A stretch of 64,000 bases of DNA from Okamejei kenojei (Eukaryota): contig CM069164.1 of assembly GCA_035221665.1 (NCBI GenBank), forward strand, positions 15,500,001-15,564,000, written 5' to 3'. Positions 1-14,200 of the stretch are shown in pieces; position 1 is the first letter of the stretch, and the number at the start of each line of letters is the position of its first letter. The notes beneath the pieces were generated by a model. The model made no database searches and was not told where the DNA came from. It saw nothing but the letters and a program-made list of their open reading frames with translations. The position numbers and the translations under genes were made by a program.

Positions 1-117
1 GACAATTAAATACTCTTGACTCTATCCAACATTAGTAAGTGGAATCTCTGTATCACTATGCTCTCTTAATGGGAAAATTGAATCCACAGGAAGCATCTGT
101 CCGGCGGGAATACATAC

Positions 118-226
118 TTTCCCTCATTCTAGTCCAAAGCTGCTCCGCAAAGTCAAGATCACCACGTTCTGGAGTAAATGAAGAATGGATGGTTGATTCA
201 ACAGCAGCTACATCACTTCTCAATTT
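118..226 (-). CDS. ZWILCH: ZWILCH coding exon 11
   Basis: [36 protein letters not shown]; catcag acceptor, gtatgt donor. Confidence 0.92.
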
Positions 227-3200
227 CTGATGCAAAACAATAAAAAATAAATTAAAACAAAATCCTGGTCAAAAATCTATTGCTAGTACAGGTCCATACC
301 GATTTTCCAGCACCTTTGTTTCTAGACCTTTTTTGGATTATCCGTTTTGCCAGATCGACAGATATCATGGCCTCTGAAAGGAGTCCAACGGTACCAGAAA
401 AGTCCATTCAGCCCACCAAGGGGCCGAGATACGTGCCCACAGAGTGGACATCGGCCGAAGTTCCATAGCCCCGGTCGCAGGGAACAAATCTGATCTGCCA
501 ATTAGCCGTGGAAGTTGGATATGGGAACGAATCTCCCAACTCCAGCTGCGCCGGAGTTCCAATGCCCCAGCCGCACGGGGAGATGACGTTGAGACTGGCT
601 GCCGCACTCGGCATAGGCACTACATTTTCAGTGGGATTTCAAGTTTGTCCGGATTAAGACAAAAGGACAAAGGACATTTATTGTCACATACACCAGTTGG
701 TGCAGTGAAATTTGTCTTGCCATGCAGCACACAGATAAAGATGATTCATAACACTAAAGAAATTAACAATAAACATAAAAACATCCCCCCACAATGCTTT
801 TAAAGAAGGAACTGCAGATGCTGGAGAATCGAGGGTACACAAAAAGCTGGAGAAACTCAGCGGGTGCAGCAGCATCTAAGGAGCGAAGGAGATAGGCGAC
901 GTTTCGGGTCGAGACCCTTCTTCAGACTGGTCAGGGATCAGGGAAACGAGAGATATAGACGGTGATGTGGAGAGATAAGGAACAATGAGTGAAAGATATG
1001 CAAAGAAGTATCGGTGTTAAAGGGAACAACCATCTGTTTGTGGTGTGAAAATGAGAAAATGTTGCTCACTCCCGTGAGGAGGCCCCGATCGGATGTGGAA
1101 TGGGAGGGGGAGTTGAAGTGCTGAGCACATCCGGACCTCTCGCCAAGCCTCCTGGGCATCTCCTCCACGGCCAGGAGTGAGCAAACAAGTGTTGCCTTTG
1201 CAAGGGAAAGTGCCGGAACAGCACAGCCTCATCCCGCTTGGGGGGCCAACTGCTTGGGGAGTCTGCATCCTTTGGGCTTGAATATTGAATTTTCTCAATT
1301 CAGTTAACCCTTGCTGTCTCCTCCCCTCCCACCTCTCCCTCAGCCCTCGGGCCCTGGCATTCCCTCCATCTCCATCCCCCTCCCCCACCCCAGTCGCACC
1401 AGCTTCTCATTTTCACCCCAACACACAGCTTACAATGGCTTGTTCCCTTTATCACCGATACTTCTTTGCATATCTTTCACTCATTGTTCCTTATCTCTCC
1501 ACATCACCGTCTATATCTCTCGTTTCCCTGATCCCTGACCAGTCTGAAGAAGGGTCTCGACCCGAAACGTCGCCTATCTCCTTCGCTCCTTAGATGCTGC
1601 TGCACCCGCTGAGTTTCTCCAGCTTTTTGTGTACCCCCACAATGCTTCCCACTGTGGGGGAAGGCACAAAGTCCCAAACCACGAAGGTATCAAACCACCA
1701 GTGGCCGGAAAATCGGTGGCGGACCTGTATCTTAGATTTTTTTGAATTATATTATATATTGTACTCTAGTCTAACCATGGTGCTGTTATCGTATTATGAT
1801 ACTAAATGGTGCAAACAGTTATTCACAGAAGAGATTTACCACAGAGTCCTGGAAGCTCAAAACGGAAATTCCAAACGTATATGAAAATAAATTGATTAGT
1901 ATCCAGAGTATTTACAGTACACAGAAACATGTTGAAAATATGTCTTACACTTTACTTGACACACCAATTTTTTCTAAACTTATTTTAAATTATTCTATAA
2001 AACCTTTTTCAAATCAATGAAATGGATGAAGTTTAGATACTGAATGAAATAGTCTTTTGTAACCCATTTATATTGAACACCTTTAAACTAAGTACAATAG
2101 AAACACAACATAGATTTAACATTCTATCTATTTTTAACTGACAAAACATCTATGAATATCTCCCAACATGAACACCCCTCACTTTGTGGAGGACAAAGAA
2201 ATGGAAACTGCTGCTATTTATAACTGAAATGTTTAGCAGGCATAAGCATGCTACTTCAGGCATGTTACTTGTAAAATAATATCCACTGACAAAAATAAAT
2301 CAAAACAGACTCAATCAATCAATCAATTGTCATCTTTTTTGGAGCTAGGGGTGATGAGATTAACAGGTGATGAAATTTTAATGTTAACATATTAAAATAG
2401 CTCAGCCGTCATTCCTGAATTGTGCCTTGAGTTAGGGGAAGGGCTAAGAAATGTCAAAAGATGAGGCATTTGCCACAGGATACCACCAGGCCTTTCACCT
2501 ATTCTTAGTCCAGTCGGGTTTCAGGCCATTGTGACCATCAAAAATGTTGATAAAGCACACAAGAAAGATAATACCATTGGATAACATGGGGAAGTGGTTA
2601 GACTCTCTTATTCGATGTTGTCGCAAATGTCACTGCCACATTTAAGCCCATGGATGAATATTGTCTAGGTCTTGTTGCATGCAGGCATGGACCGATTTAT
2701 TTGCTGAGGAGCTATAAATGGAATTGAACATTGTGTAGTCAGTGAACATATCCACATCTGAATATATGGTGGAAGAATGGCCATCGATGAAGCAACTGAA
2801 AACGATTGAGCTTGGGAAGATTATCCTTGGAAACTCCTGCAATTATGTCTTATGATCGATTTCCAACTACCCGAATGATATTTTATTGTGGAAAATACAA
2901 CTCCAATGACTGTGGTTGCATCTTGATGCCTGTTTGGTTTTACCAGGGCGCCTTCATGTAACACTCAGTCACATTTTGCCTTGAAATCAAGACTGGTCAC
3001 TCAAAATTCACTTCCGGAATTAAACCCTTTGGTACACGTTGAACCAATGTCAGAAAGAAGTAAAACTATACAGCATGGAAACAAGCCTTTCTACCCAACT
3101 TGTCCATACTGACCAAATTGCTGAACCAAGCTAGTTCCACTTCCCTGCACTTGGCCATATCCCTCCAAACCTTTCCGATGCATATACCTGTCTGTCTATG

Positions 3201-6200
3201 TGTCTTGTAACTGTTGTAATCATACCTGCCTCTCCCATTTTCACTGGCAGTTTGCTCCATATAGATATATATACTACCCTGTGTGTGAAAAAGCTTGCCC
3301 TTAACGTGCCTTTTCAATCTTTCCCCTCACGTTAAACCTGTTCCCTCTAGTTTTAGAATCCCCTATCCTGTGAAAAAGACTGTGATGATTCGCCTTACTT
3401 ATGTGATTTTATAAATGTCTATGAGATCACCCTCAGTCTCCAGGAATAAAAGACCCAGCCTTTCCAACTTCACCTTGCAACGCAAACATTCCAGACTGGG
3501 AAACAACTCTGGAAAACTTTTTAAGTACCTTTTTCAGTTTAATGACATCATTCCCAATAGCGGGATGACCGTACGCCAAACGTGGCCTCACCAACATTTT
3601 GTACCCTAGCATGACATGCCAAGCCCTGTACTCAATACACTACCCCCAAAGAGTAATGCCTCGTTTACCACCCTGTCTACCTGTGGTGACACTTTCATGG
3701 AACTGTGTACATGCACCCCTGGGTCTCTTTGTTCTGAAACTCTCCCCAGGTCCATACCATTTTTATGCATGAACTGCTGTGGTTTGTCTCACCAAAACAT
3801 AACACATCACATTTATCCAAATTAAAATCCATCTGCAATTCCTCACTCTATTGGAACAGTCAATCGAGATCCTGTTGTAATGGTAGACAACCTTCTTCAC
3901 TGTCCACTTTACAATCAGGTACATGGATAGTAAAAGTTTAGAGAGATGTAGGCCAAACATTGGCAGGGTGAGATTAGTATAGATGGAGAACTTTGGCCAG
4001 CATGGGTCAAGGGGCCTGTTTCTGTGTTGTATGATTCTAAGACCAACAATTTTGCTGTCATTCACAAATTCACTAGACATGTCACCTACATTCACATCTA
4101 CATCATTATTATAAATAACAGTGGACTCAGAACAAATTCCTATTCCACTTATTATAGGCCAACAGTATGAAAACAACCCTCTACAACCATGCTGTGTCTC
4201 CTACCTTCAATCAGTTTTGTGTCAAATTGATTAGCTTGGCCTGGATCCCATGTGACTTAACATTCCAGACCAGTCAAATTTGTGAGGCACGATATCCCAT
4301 GCATTAAGCCATGCTGACTATCACTAATCAGTCCCTGCCTTTCCAATTGCATATTGATCCTGTCTCTGAGAATCCTCTTCAATAACTTACCCACCATTGA
4401 TGCAGAGCTCACTGGTCTGAGTTCTCAGGGTTTTCTTTGCAGCCTTTCTTACCTATAGGAACAACATTAGCCATCCTCCAGTCTTCTGGCTCCTCACCCT
4501 TGCCTATCAATGATAGAAATATCTCTGCCGGTGGCCCCATAATTTCTTGCTTAGCATTTCATAATGTCCTAGGATACACTTGATCAGGTCCCTAGGATTT
4601 ATCCATGTGTTCTTAAACCCCCAACACCTCCTCTTCTGTAATATGGACTCTCTTTGACATGATTATTAAATTCCCTGAGTACCCTAAAATTCATATCTTT
4701 CACCACAGTAAAGAGGGTAGCACAGAGGCACAGAGATAGTTGCTGTCTTACAGTGCCAGAGAACCGGGTTCGATCCTGACTATGAGTGTTGCCTGTTGGA
4801 GTTTGCATGTTTCCCTGTGATCGGATGGGTTTTCTCCAGGTGCTCCAGTTTCCTCCCACATTCCAAAGACGTGCAGGTTTGTAGGTTAATTAGCTTCTGT
4901 AAATTGTCCCCAGAGTGTAGAATAGAACTAATTTAAGGGTGATCATTGGTTGGCACAGACTCAGTGGGCCTGTTTCATCTAAACTAAACTAAAAAATGAG
5001 ATGAGAAATATTCATTTAATACCTTGACCAGCTCCTATGGCTCCATGTACAATGACCTTGTTGATCATTGTGGCCCTATTCTCTCCCTAGAATACACTTT
5101 AGAGCCTCTATCTCATGTCCCCTTTCTGTCCTCCTGATTTCCCTCTTAAATGTATTATTATACCTCTTTTCCATTCTTCTTAAGGGATACATTTGATTCC
5201 AGCTGCCTCTACATGACATACAGCGCCTTTATCTTGATCAGAGCCTCAACTCTCGTCATCTGTTTCCTACTCCTGCCAGCCTTGACCTTTACTCTAACAG
5301 GGACATGCAAGCCTTGAACTTTCACTATAACACTTTTAAAAGCTTCCCGCTAGCTAGAGATCCTTTTACCAGCAAACAACCTCCCCCACTAAACTTGTTG
5401 AAGTTCCTGTCTAATACAGATGCTGCGATGAGATCCAAAGCCATGATCCAGGCAAAATTCAAACTGTAAATCCAATTTTAAGATTTTTTTTTCTTTAAAT
5501 TGCATCGCACCAAAGCGGAAGTATTGAAATGAATAATTAATGTGGTCCTGAAATAGCATTTGTACATTTATGAAAATGGTAGATCTGGAGAAGAATGAAC
5601 TAACAGGATTCACTCGTACAAGATAATGGGACAATGTACTCCGTATTAGTCCTCAGATAACTATAAGCAGACACGCAGGCCTGAGATATTATTGTGCTAC
5701 ATGGGGAATGTGGTTAAACATACGGAGGCAGTAGCAGAGGTATTCCCATGATGATCCAGAGGTCTCGTCTGCAGCAGAGGAATAAACAAATCATGAGACC
5801 ACCCAAATGGCCAATAAGGCATAACGTTTTACCTAGCACTAGCCCACTCAAGAATGATATTCTATACAAAACATAAAAGACTTATGAAGGTTCATTTTTA
5901 TCTCTCTACAGTAACTGCAACTGTAACTGTGCGGATAAGGGAAAAAAACCTAATTATTATTACTAGAGATAGCTTCATCATTAAATGATAGTACGAGTCT
6001 GTACAGCATCTGTGTTATTTTACTTAAAGCTAGCTCTGGAGTGTATTCCTTAGCAACAGAGATATTGCCAGAAAACTCCCCAAGGATGTTCCCATGGTAA
6101 TCTAGTGAATGATTAGAACGACGACAAAGCCTGTGCTTACGATCATCAGAAAAGTGTCTCTTCTTGATGAACAGATTAAATAGGATTAATTATGTTAGCA

Positions 6201-8238
6201 GCAACTGATCACGTACTTATCTGCTTTTGAGTGTCACATTGCCAATAACTGGATGTCTGTGCAATAAATAAAGATGCTGCAACTGATCTCCAAATGTGTA
6301 TATTAATGTTATGCATTGATTAATTGGGGAGAGTGTGTGGACCACGCCTGCTGAGGTACAAGGTTGATTGAAATAAATATGCTTCTGTTTGATCTAAGAG
6401 TAATATGTTACAATACTTACCTTTAGTGGCGCTGCAGTTCTGTCACTGCCCGTGGGCGCGACTTTGGCGCCTTTGAGAGGGGGGCGGGTTTAAAATGCAG
6501 CATTTCGGAAGCCAATTCAAATCGATGTTGAACAGGCTATTTAGTTGAAGGAAAATCGCTTCGACTGTCGTTCTCTGAAGTGATTTTTAAACTGCGCTTG
6601 CTAATTTAATTGCTGTAGTAATTTAAAAATCATCTTCTAAAGCCGTCAACGCCGACAACGGGACGGACCTCACGTAAGGGACAAGGCAAGGTACACAGTT
6701 TATTTTTTCATTAAAAAGTGCTTCTTAGGATACCTTTTACCAAAATTTCATGTTGCGAGAAGGTGATTTATTCCCCATACGAACCGGCAGTATTTTTCCT
6801 GCCGATATGGGGTTTAAATTCACCGCAACCGCAACGTTCCAATCGAACGCGTTCCAGAAAATCGCACTCGCAAGATGATTTAAATGGCCATTAATTTACG
6901 GGAATTAAACACTAAATTCCTTCCATTTGGCCTATAAATTAATGACAATGAGATTTAAAAATCATGTTATATTGTGAATTTTTGTGTGAATGTTATTTGG
7001 ACACATAGGCTATTTAAAAATGTTCATCTTTTCTTAAGAAATTGATAGATGTTTAGATCTGGTAATTGAATTTTGTAATTAGCTACAATTGGGTAACTAA
7101 CTAATTATATGCTTTAATTTCAGGTCATCCAAGTAAGGTTGTTTCATATTTGTTTCAGAATACTTCAATCTATAATAACTGAAAATGTCTTTCAGTTCTC
7201 TTAATTTTTAAGAAAGTTATGGGCTTTTGACTGTCCTCGATCACAGCTTTTGTGTTGTCAATACAAAAGCAAAGGGGAACAAGATGCCAATTTCCGAGTA
7301 TTGAAATGGCCATAACTTTTTTAATACTGAAGGTATGAAAGTGAATTAGGTGTCAAATTAAACTTCTTTTTATGCTTTATTTGATGGGATAAATTGCAGA
7401 CTTGATTTTTAAAATCTCAAAATTTTGTAACATTGCTACTAAGAGATGATGTTCCGTAAAATAATACTTTGCTCTATAACAACACAATCAGTTTTGCTTT
7501 TCCACAGAGCACTTTTAAAAAAAATTCAAAGTTACATTTACCCCAGCAAAATATTTAATTTATCCAAATATCATACCTCTGTGTCAATTCTCTTTGGCTG
7601 ATGTTGAGAAGCAGTGATTTGGTTCTTCAGGTCTGCATCAGACATGAAATGTAAAAAAGAATGATACCATGCTAAGATATACAAGACAACACAAAAGTCT
7701 ATTCATGGAGGAAGGCAGTGTCTCCATGTTACACCACGGGCATGCTGAAAGCTTCAGAAAGATTTTGACAATTATTCAAGTACTTATTGAAAAGGAGAAA
7801 TGGCAGATAATTTTGAGAAAAAAAGTCTCTGGAGCTTTCTAGGCCATTTTACAAAGGGGACAGCTCTACTTTCATTCTCAACTTCCAAACTCAAGCCCTT
7901 GCTGGGGAAATGAAACTTCAGCAAACTGTACAATTAAAAAAATCATGGAAGAGTCAATACCACACCGCTGTGTACAACAAATTTTTATTCCAATTGCAAT
8001 GGAATGTTTTGAAATTTAAAGTACCCCAGTTGAGATATATCTATATATATATACTTATACTAGGCCAAGTGGGACCCATTGGGTCCCCCAACGCAACCCG
8101 TTCCCCAACGCAATATTCCACCACTCGACCTCGGGATCTGCAGAACTTGCTCGTTCTTTCTGCGCCTTTTGAAGAACGGGGGGGGTTGGTGACGTAACTG
8201 TGCGCCTGTGCGTTGACAGCAGCTGCTTTAATTCAGAG

Positions 8239-8271
<33 letters not shown>

Positions 8272-11200
8272 GGGGCTGGGCCATGAGCAAAGGCATTGTG
8301 TCGTCATCAGCTGGCCAGCGGTTAGATTTGAAAAAAAGTCAGATTTGTGAACAATTTTAGTGAAAAACTCTGGAAATAATTAACCAAATTTACAGATGAG
8401 GGGATTTTTGAAATCATGAGGTAAATTTCTACCGGAATACGCAAGAATTTCACCGTTTCGGCATAGGGTGTTTGAGGAGAGTTTTAATAAGTACTAGACT
8501 AAGTGGGACCCATTGGGTCCCAGCATCACACGGGAGGGCTGGTCTCCCAACTCAATATTCCACCTCTCCACCAATTCCAATATTGGTGTCCAGTGGGGAG
8601 GGGGGGGGGGGGGGGCTTTCTGGAGCAGTAGTATGGGTGTTGTGCGCTGAAGGGACTGGTTTCCAGAGGGCTAGTATGGACAAGACTAGGCTTGTATTCA
8701 CTAGAGTTTAGAAGGATGAGGGGAGATCTTATAGAAACACATACAATTATAAAAGGACTGGACAAGCTAGATGCAGGAAAAATCTCCCTCCTCCAGTCCT
8801 CCCCAACTCCCTCCTCAACATCCCCCTCCCAATCTCCTTCTACCACCCCACTCCCCACCACATCTCCCCCCTCCTCATTTCGCTCATCCTCCTCCCCTCA
8901 CTCCCATTCCATGCCCCAGCACCTGCCCAGGTCGTAGAGCAGCGCCAGGAACTCGGCCTGGTTCACATACTCAGCCCGGCACTGGCTGTGGACTCCAGCC
9001 GTCAGGTCGGCCACTGACTAAGGCTCCAGTCCAGGCCTCGCCTTCACCTCCATGCTCGTCCATGACCCCGGACCCAGACTTGTCCTTGGTTCCAGTGCAG
9101 CTTCTTTCTCAGCACCGGTCACGGCTCCATCCCAAGCCCCGGGCTCGGCCCTCATTCCAACTCCAGCTCCAGCACCAGGCCGAGTCCCCGGGCTCGGCCC
9201 ACTGCACCACCCTCTCCACCAGGTACCGGGCAGCCGTCGTGTGCCGCCACTCCTCGTTTACCGCGAGCGCTGGAATGCCCTTCCCACCCAGAGTGTCCCG
9301 TCCTGCCTTGCGAGTGCATTTTTTACGAAATGGGTACGTTTTTGGGGCTGTTTTTCAAATTTAAAGGATTAACTTCGGAAATATAGGTGGGAATGCGACG
9401 GGAAGATGTTTATCGCCACAGCGAGAAAAATGTGAGTAGGATGTGTGAAAATGGGAAGGCTGTGGCCTAGCGTTTGGAAGTAGACAGGAAAACCAGATTG
9501 ACACATCCTGGGCACATTGTGGACACAAACAAGACAAAGACTTTTAAGTATATAGATATCTCAACTGCCGTATTTTAAGTTAATATTATAGCTACAGAGA
9601 ATAAACCTAATCAGCAGTTCTCATTAGTATTATTAATACTACGTGGCGAAAAGTAAATTGCCAAATTATCCATGGGCTTAATCACATAAACACTTCTGTT
9701 AAGATCTATTCGATTATACATTCAAATCATTTCACCAAATTAAAGCAGATATTGCTCAAATATGAAAACTCTGTACCCTCGATTAATTCTTTCACAACTT
9801 CAACTGCAGATTTTTCTTCCAGAACCTCCGGCCACCCAGTTTCACCTGTTTTCAGTCCTTCAGCTAAAACCTGTAACAAAGCACATAGGAAACAAGTTCA
9901 AGTTACATTTATTGTCACATGCACCAATTGGTACAGTGAGATTTGAGTTACCATACAGTCACACAGGGATCTAGGAGTGCAGGTGCATGGTTCCTTGAAG
10001 GTCGAGTCACAGGTAGATAATGTGGTCAAAAAGGCTTTTGGCCCATTGGCCTTCATCAGTCAGAGTATTGAGTATAGAAGTTGGGAGGTCATGTTGCAGT
10101 TGTATACCGCGTTTAGAATATTGTGTTCAGTTCCAGGCACCGTTATAGGGAGGATGTTGTCAAGCTTGAAAAGGTTCAGAAAAGATTTACGAGGGTGTTG
10201 CCAGGACTAGAGGGTGTGAGCTATTGGGAGAGGTTGAGTAGGCTGGAGCGCAGGAGGATAGGTGATCTGATAGAGGTGTACAAAATCATGAGAGGAATAG
10301 ATCGGGTAGATGCACAGGGTCACTTGCCCAGAGTAGGGGAATCGAGGACCAGAGGATATGGGTTCAAGGTGAAGGGGAAAAGATTTAATAGGAATCTGTG
10401 GGGTAATTATTTCACACTCAGGGTGGTGGGTGTATGGAACAAGCTACCAGAGGAGGTAGTTGAGGCTGGGTCTATCCCATCGTTTAAGAAACAGTTAGAC
10501 AGGTACATGGATAGGACAGGTTTGGAGCGATATGGACCAAGCGCAGGCAGGTGGAACTAGTGTAGCTGGGGCATGTTGTGCCGAAGGACCTGTTTCCACA
10601 CCATATCACTCTGTGACATCCTAGAACTATGCTACTGGTACATAGTTTGTCAGGTACAGGCTAAGAGCAGAATCAGGTGTAATTTATTCAACCACTCTCC
10701 TTCCCTCCACGCACCATGCCATCACCAATCACATTATATAATTGTGCTGCCACTGATAGTAAGAGGGCTAATCATACAGCTAACCACAAATTTCCGATAA
10801 GGTAGGAAATAGTGAATTTAACAAATGCCAAATTGCCAATTTTATAATTAACATACACCAACAATTAACTTTCACTTTTTTGTTCACAAAAACATTTTAA
10901 AAAATAGCAGTCAGATTTTGTGCCAAAATCCACACACTCTCAAACTCAACCGTTCTGGAGAATCTCTCCTCAATATGCAAGATAATCAGGTGTTGCTTCA
11001 TAAAATGTGAGTGTACAACATTGTTAAATGCAGCACATCAGGTTAATTTTGAGAATGCTTGTTAAGAACAAGAAATGTATTCAGGCTACAATTTGTTAGA
11101 ACATGACAATTCAAATCAGCTCTTAAAAATCACACAAGAACATTAAAGAACACAAATGATTCTAATAGCTATTTGAAATACTTACAAGGAGAAATTCTAG

Positions 11201-14200
11201 TTCCTTATATATTTGATAAACGGGACTTCTCTGGTCTCCAGGTTCCATTTTGATATTCTAAATAAATCACAGATACAAGGAAAGAGAAACTGTAACTGAT
11301 GAGACTTTTTTTTAAATGGCGGTTAGTTTTGAAAGTGAGAATACAATAACTCATTTAAAGTGCTCTTGGAAACTGATCAACACAATCTTACAGAAGACAT
11401 TAAAAAAAATCAACAAAACATTGCCAAACAATTTGTAGTAAAGGGAAAGGAGGTTCCAGGACGAAGCTTCCACAAATCAATGTTCATTTTATAGGATTTC
11501 ATTATGCGAGATAATGCTATAAAAATCAAATTTTGAAAGTCGATCCCAGATGGAAATCACAACCATCCTAAACTAATCTACTATTGGACAATGCACTATT
11601 ACACATGTTTCCAAAGACACCATTATAAATATTGTGTGCAGTTTTGGTCTCCAAATTTGAGGAAGGACATTCTTGCTATTGAGGGAGTGCAGCGTAGGTT
11701 CACCAGGTTAATTCCCGGGATGGCGGGATTGTCATATGTTGATAGAATGGAGCGGCTGGGCTAGTATACTCTAGGATTTAGAAAAATGAGAGGGAATCTT
11801 ATTGAAACATATAAGATTATTAAGGGTTTGGACACGCTAGAGACAGGAAACATGTTCCCGATGTTGGGGGAGTCCAGAATCAGGAGGGGCCACAGTTTAA
11901 GAATAAGGGGTTAGCCATTTAGAATGGAGATGAGGAAAAACTTTTTCACACAGAGTGTTGTGAATTTGTGGAATTCTCTGCCTCAGAAGGCGGTGGAGGC
12001 CGGTTCTATGGATGCTTTCAAGAGAGAGTTAGATAGAGATAGCGGAGTCAGGGGATATGGGGAGAAAGCAGGAACAGGGTGCCGATTGTGGATGATCAGG
12101 CATGATCACATTGAATGGTGGTGCTGGCTCGAAGGGCCAAATGGCCTGCTCCTGCACCTATTGTCTATTGTTTATGTCTTATTTTCCTCAGGATGGATCC
12201 TAACTGCCAAACCTCTGATCATAACTTTTTCCATCTTATCCTCTAAGAATACAAAGAGGTGGATCAGGTCTGACCACCCCACTCCTTGCAAGAAACAGAG
12301 CAGAGATGCTCAAACCTTGTATCAATGGATCATGTGATCTAAAGTAACTGGGTTTGGATTATCCACCACAAACAAGGACACAATGTTGTCCAAAGTCAGA
12401 TTTCATGTACAAAATCATCAAAAGTACAAATAATGGAGATCACTGAGTAAACATTAGGGAGTGAAATGTGGTGCTGAAAACCCAAAGCCCTGGAGTCGGG
12501 TAGGGATAATTGGATTCAGATCAGGGTTCGAGGGAAGGCTGGGGTCAGCCGTAATGGAGGATGGGGAGATAAAGGAAATGAGTTAAACAGACCTTCCAGA
12601 CATAAACCCAGTGGCCCAGGAACATCAGAATTGAACTAAAGCTGAAGCAGGTCACAAACCTCTCGTCAACATTTTATTTCAGCACAAACTATGGAAATCT
12701 GACCTTATGCAAATTCTCTCATAAATGTTTCAAGAATTTATCAAGAAGGAAAGCTAGTTAGAGCAATGCAATAATTTTCAGGAGTTATGGAACAGGGTAG
12801 CAGCTTGTTAATTTAAAATCAAAAGTCTTCAAAACAAAACATCTGTTCATATACAAGTTCCCCCCTGTAATTAAACAGACACTGTTGTCTTTTAGAACTC
12901 AGCTTAGGTTCACAACAGGAGGCCACCGAGGAATTTGATTTGGAAATTGACAAGGCAATCTCGCTATTGACATTTGTAATTTGCTTTAGCAAACAATGAT
13001 ACTTTACGGCCATCAAAACTCATCGCTGAATGCGTGATATTCTGATTTTGTATCATTGTAACGACACGGGAAGACAATAAATAAATGTTCACATTAATCA
13101 GCTTACATTGAAATTGTTTGTTTCCGTATTATGCAAAAATCAGTTTATGGAAAGTCTCATGAACCTTTACGTGATCTGGAGATCTGCCTCTATGCAGGTA
13201 CAAGTGCAAGGCAGATATTTGTGCATGGAATGCCAAACTAAACTGTACACACTCAGACATTGGTGCACATGGCCAGCACTTTCCCATCATGCATATGGAT
13301 ATTTCCCCAGCAATGACTTTCAGATGCAATCTTCAGATCCAACTTGAAAGCTATTCTCCAAGGACAAAATTTTGGCTACCCCAAAATAGACTTCAGCTAA
13401 TCTTTAGCCAAGCATAATGAAAATGAGTGTAAGAGAACAGTGTATGCATTTTACACTGAAAAGCCAATGCTCCGCAGCAGTGCACAGAGCAAAATTGAAG
13501 TTCATTGTCAGGATCAACAATTCCCTAATGGCTGAATACATTGCACTACATATGTGGCAGAGTCAGCAATTTGGCATCCCACAGCAAATTAAAAGAGCGG
13601 AAAAGGGATAGAACTTCCCAAATGCAAAATAAATGGTTTCTCTCCCTCACCCATTCATCCTCATGCCATTTGTGATAAACCTATTAATTTATTTCATAAA
13701 ATATTGTACCAAATGAATACTTTAATAATACACATTTGCTTACCAGGGTGGCAACCGATGAATGTGAGGGAGCATCTAGGATTTTCACCACGTTGTTCCA
13801 AGCTAAATCCACCATAATATTACTCTGTGAATCCATGATTGTATTCTCCAAAATGGAAGCACCAAACAAATCATATTGTGCATAGCCTTTGGTCGATATC
13901 TGCATAATTACAATACACCATAACTCTGGGTACGGAAATATTAGTACATTGAAAAAAATATTTTCAGTCAAATCCTATCTGACTGATCAAATCCTCAGCA
14001 AAATACAATGTTTTTTATAGGTAATGAGATATTTGACAAGGTACTGCATCTGGAAGATTAGATTGCATGGGACCCAAGGCAATACAGTGGCTTGCAAAAG
14101 TTTTCATACCCCTTGAGCTTTTCCACATTTTGTCACGTTACAACCACAAACGTAAATGTATTTTATTGGGATTTTATGTGATAGACCAACACAAAGTGGC

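Noticed and set aside
8241-8270. Long poly-G runs (also about 8580, 39752, 44735, 47523) as G-quadruplex elements
   Set aside because: Homopolymers mostly inside repeats, with unreliable lengths and no evidence of function
8771-9372. 197-aa and 106-aa Pro/Ser-rich ORFs
   Set aside because: Low-complexity C-rich interior of the Helitron; no recognisable domain
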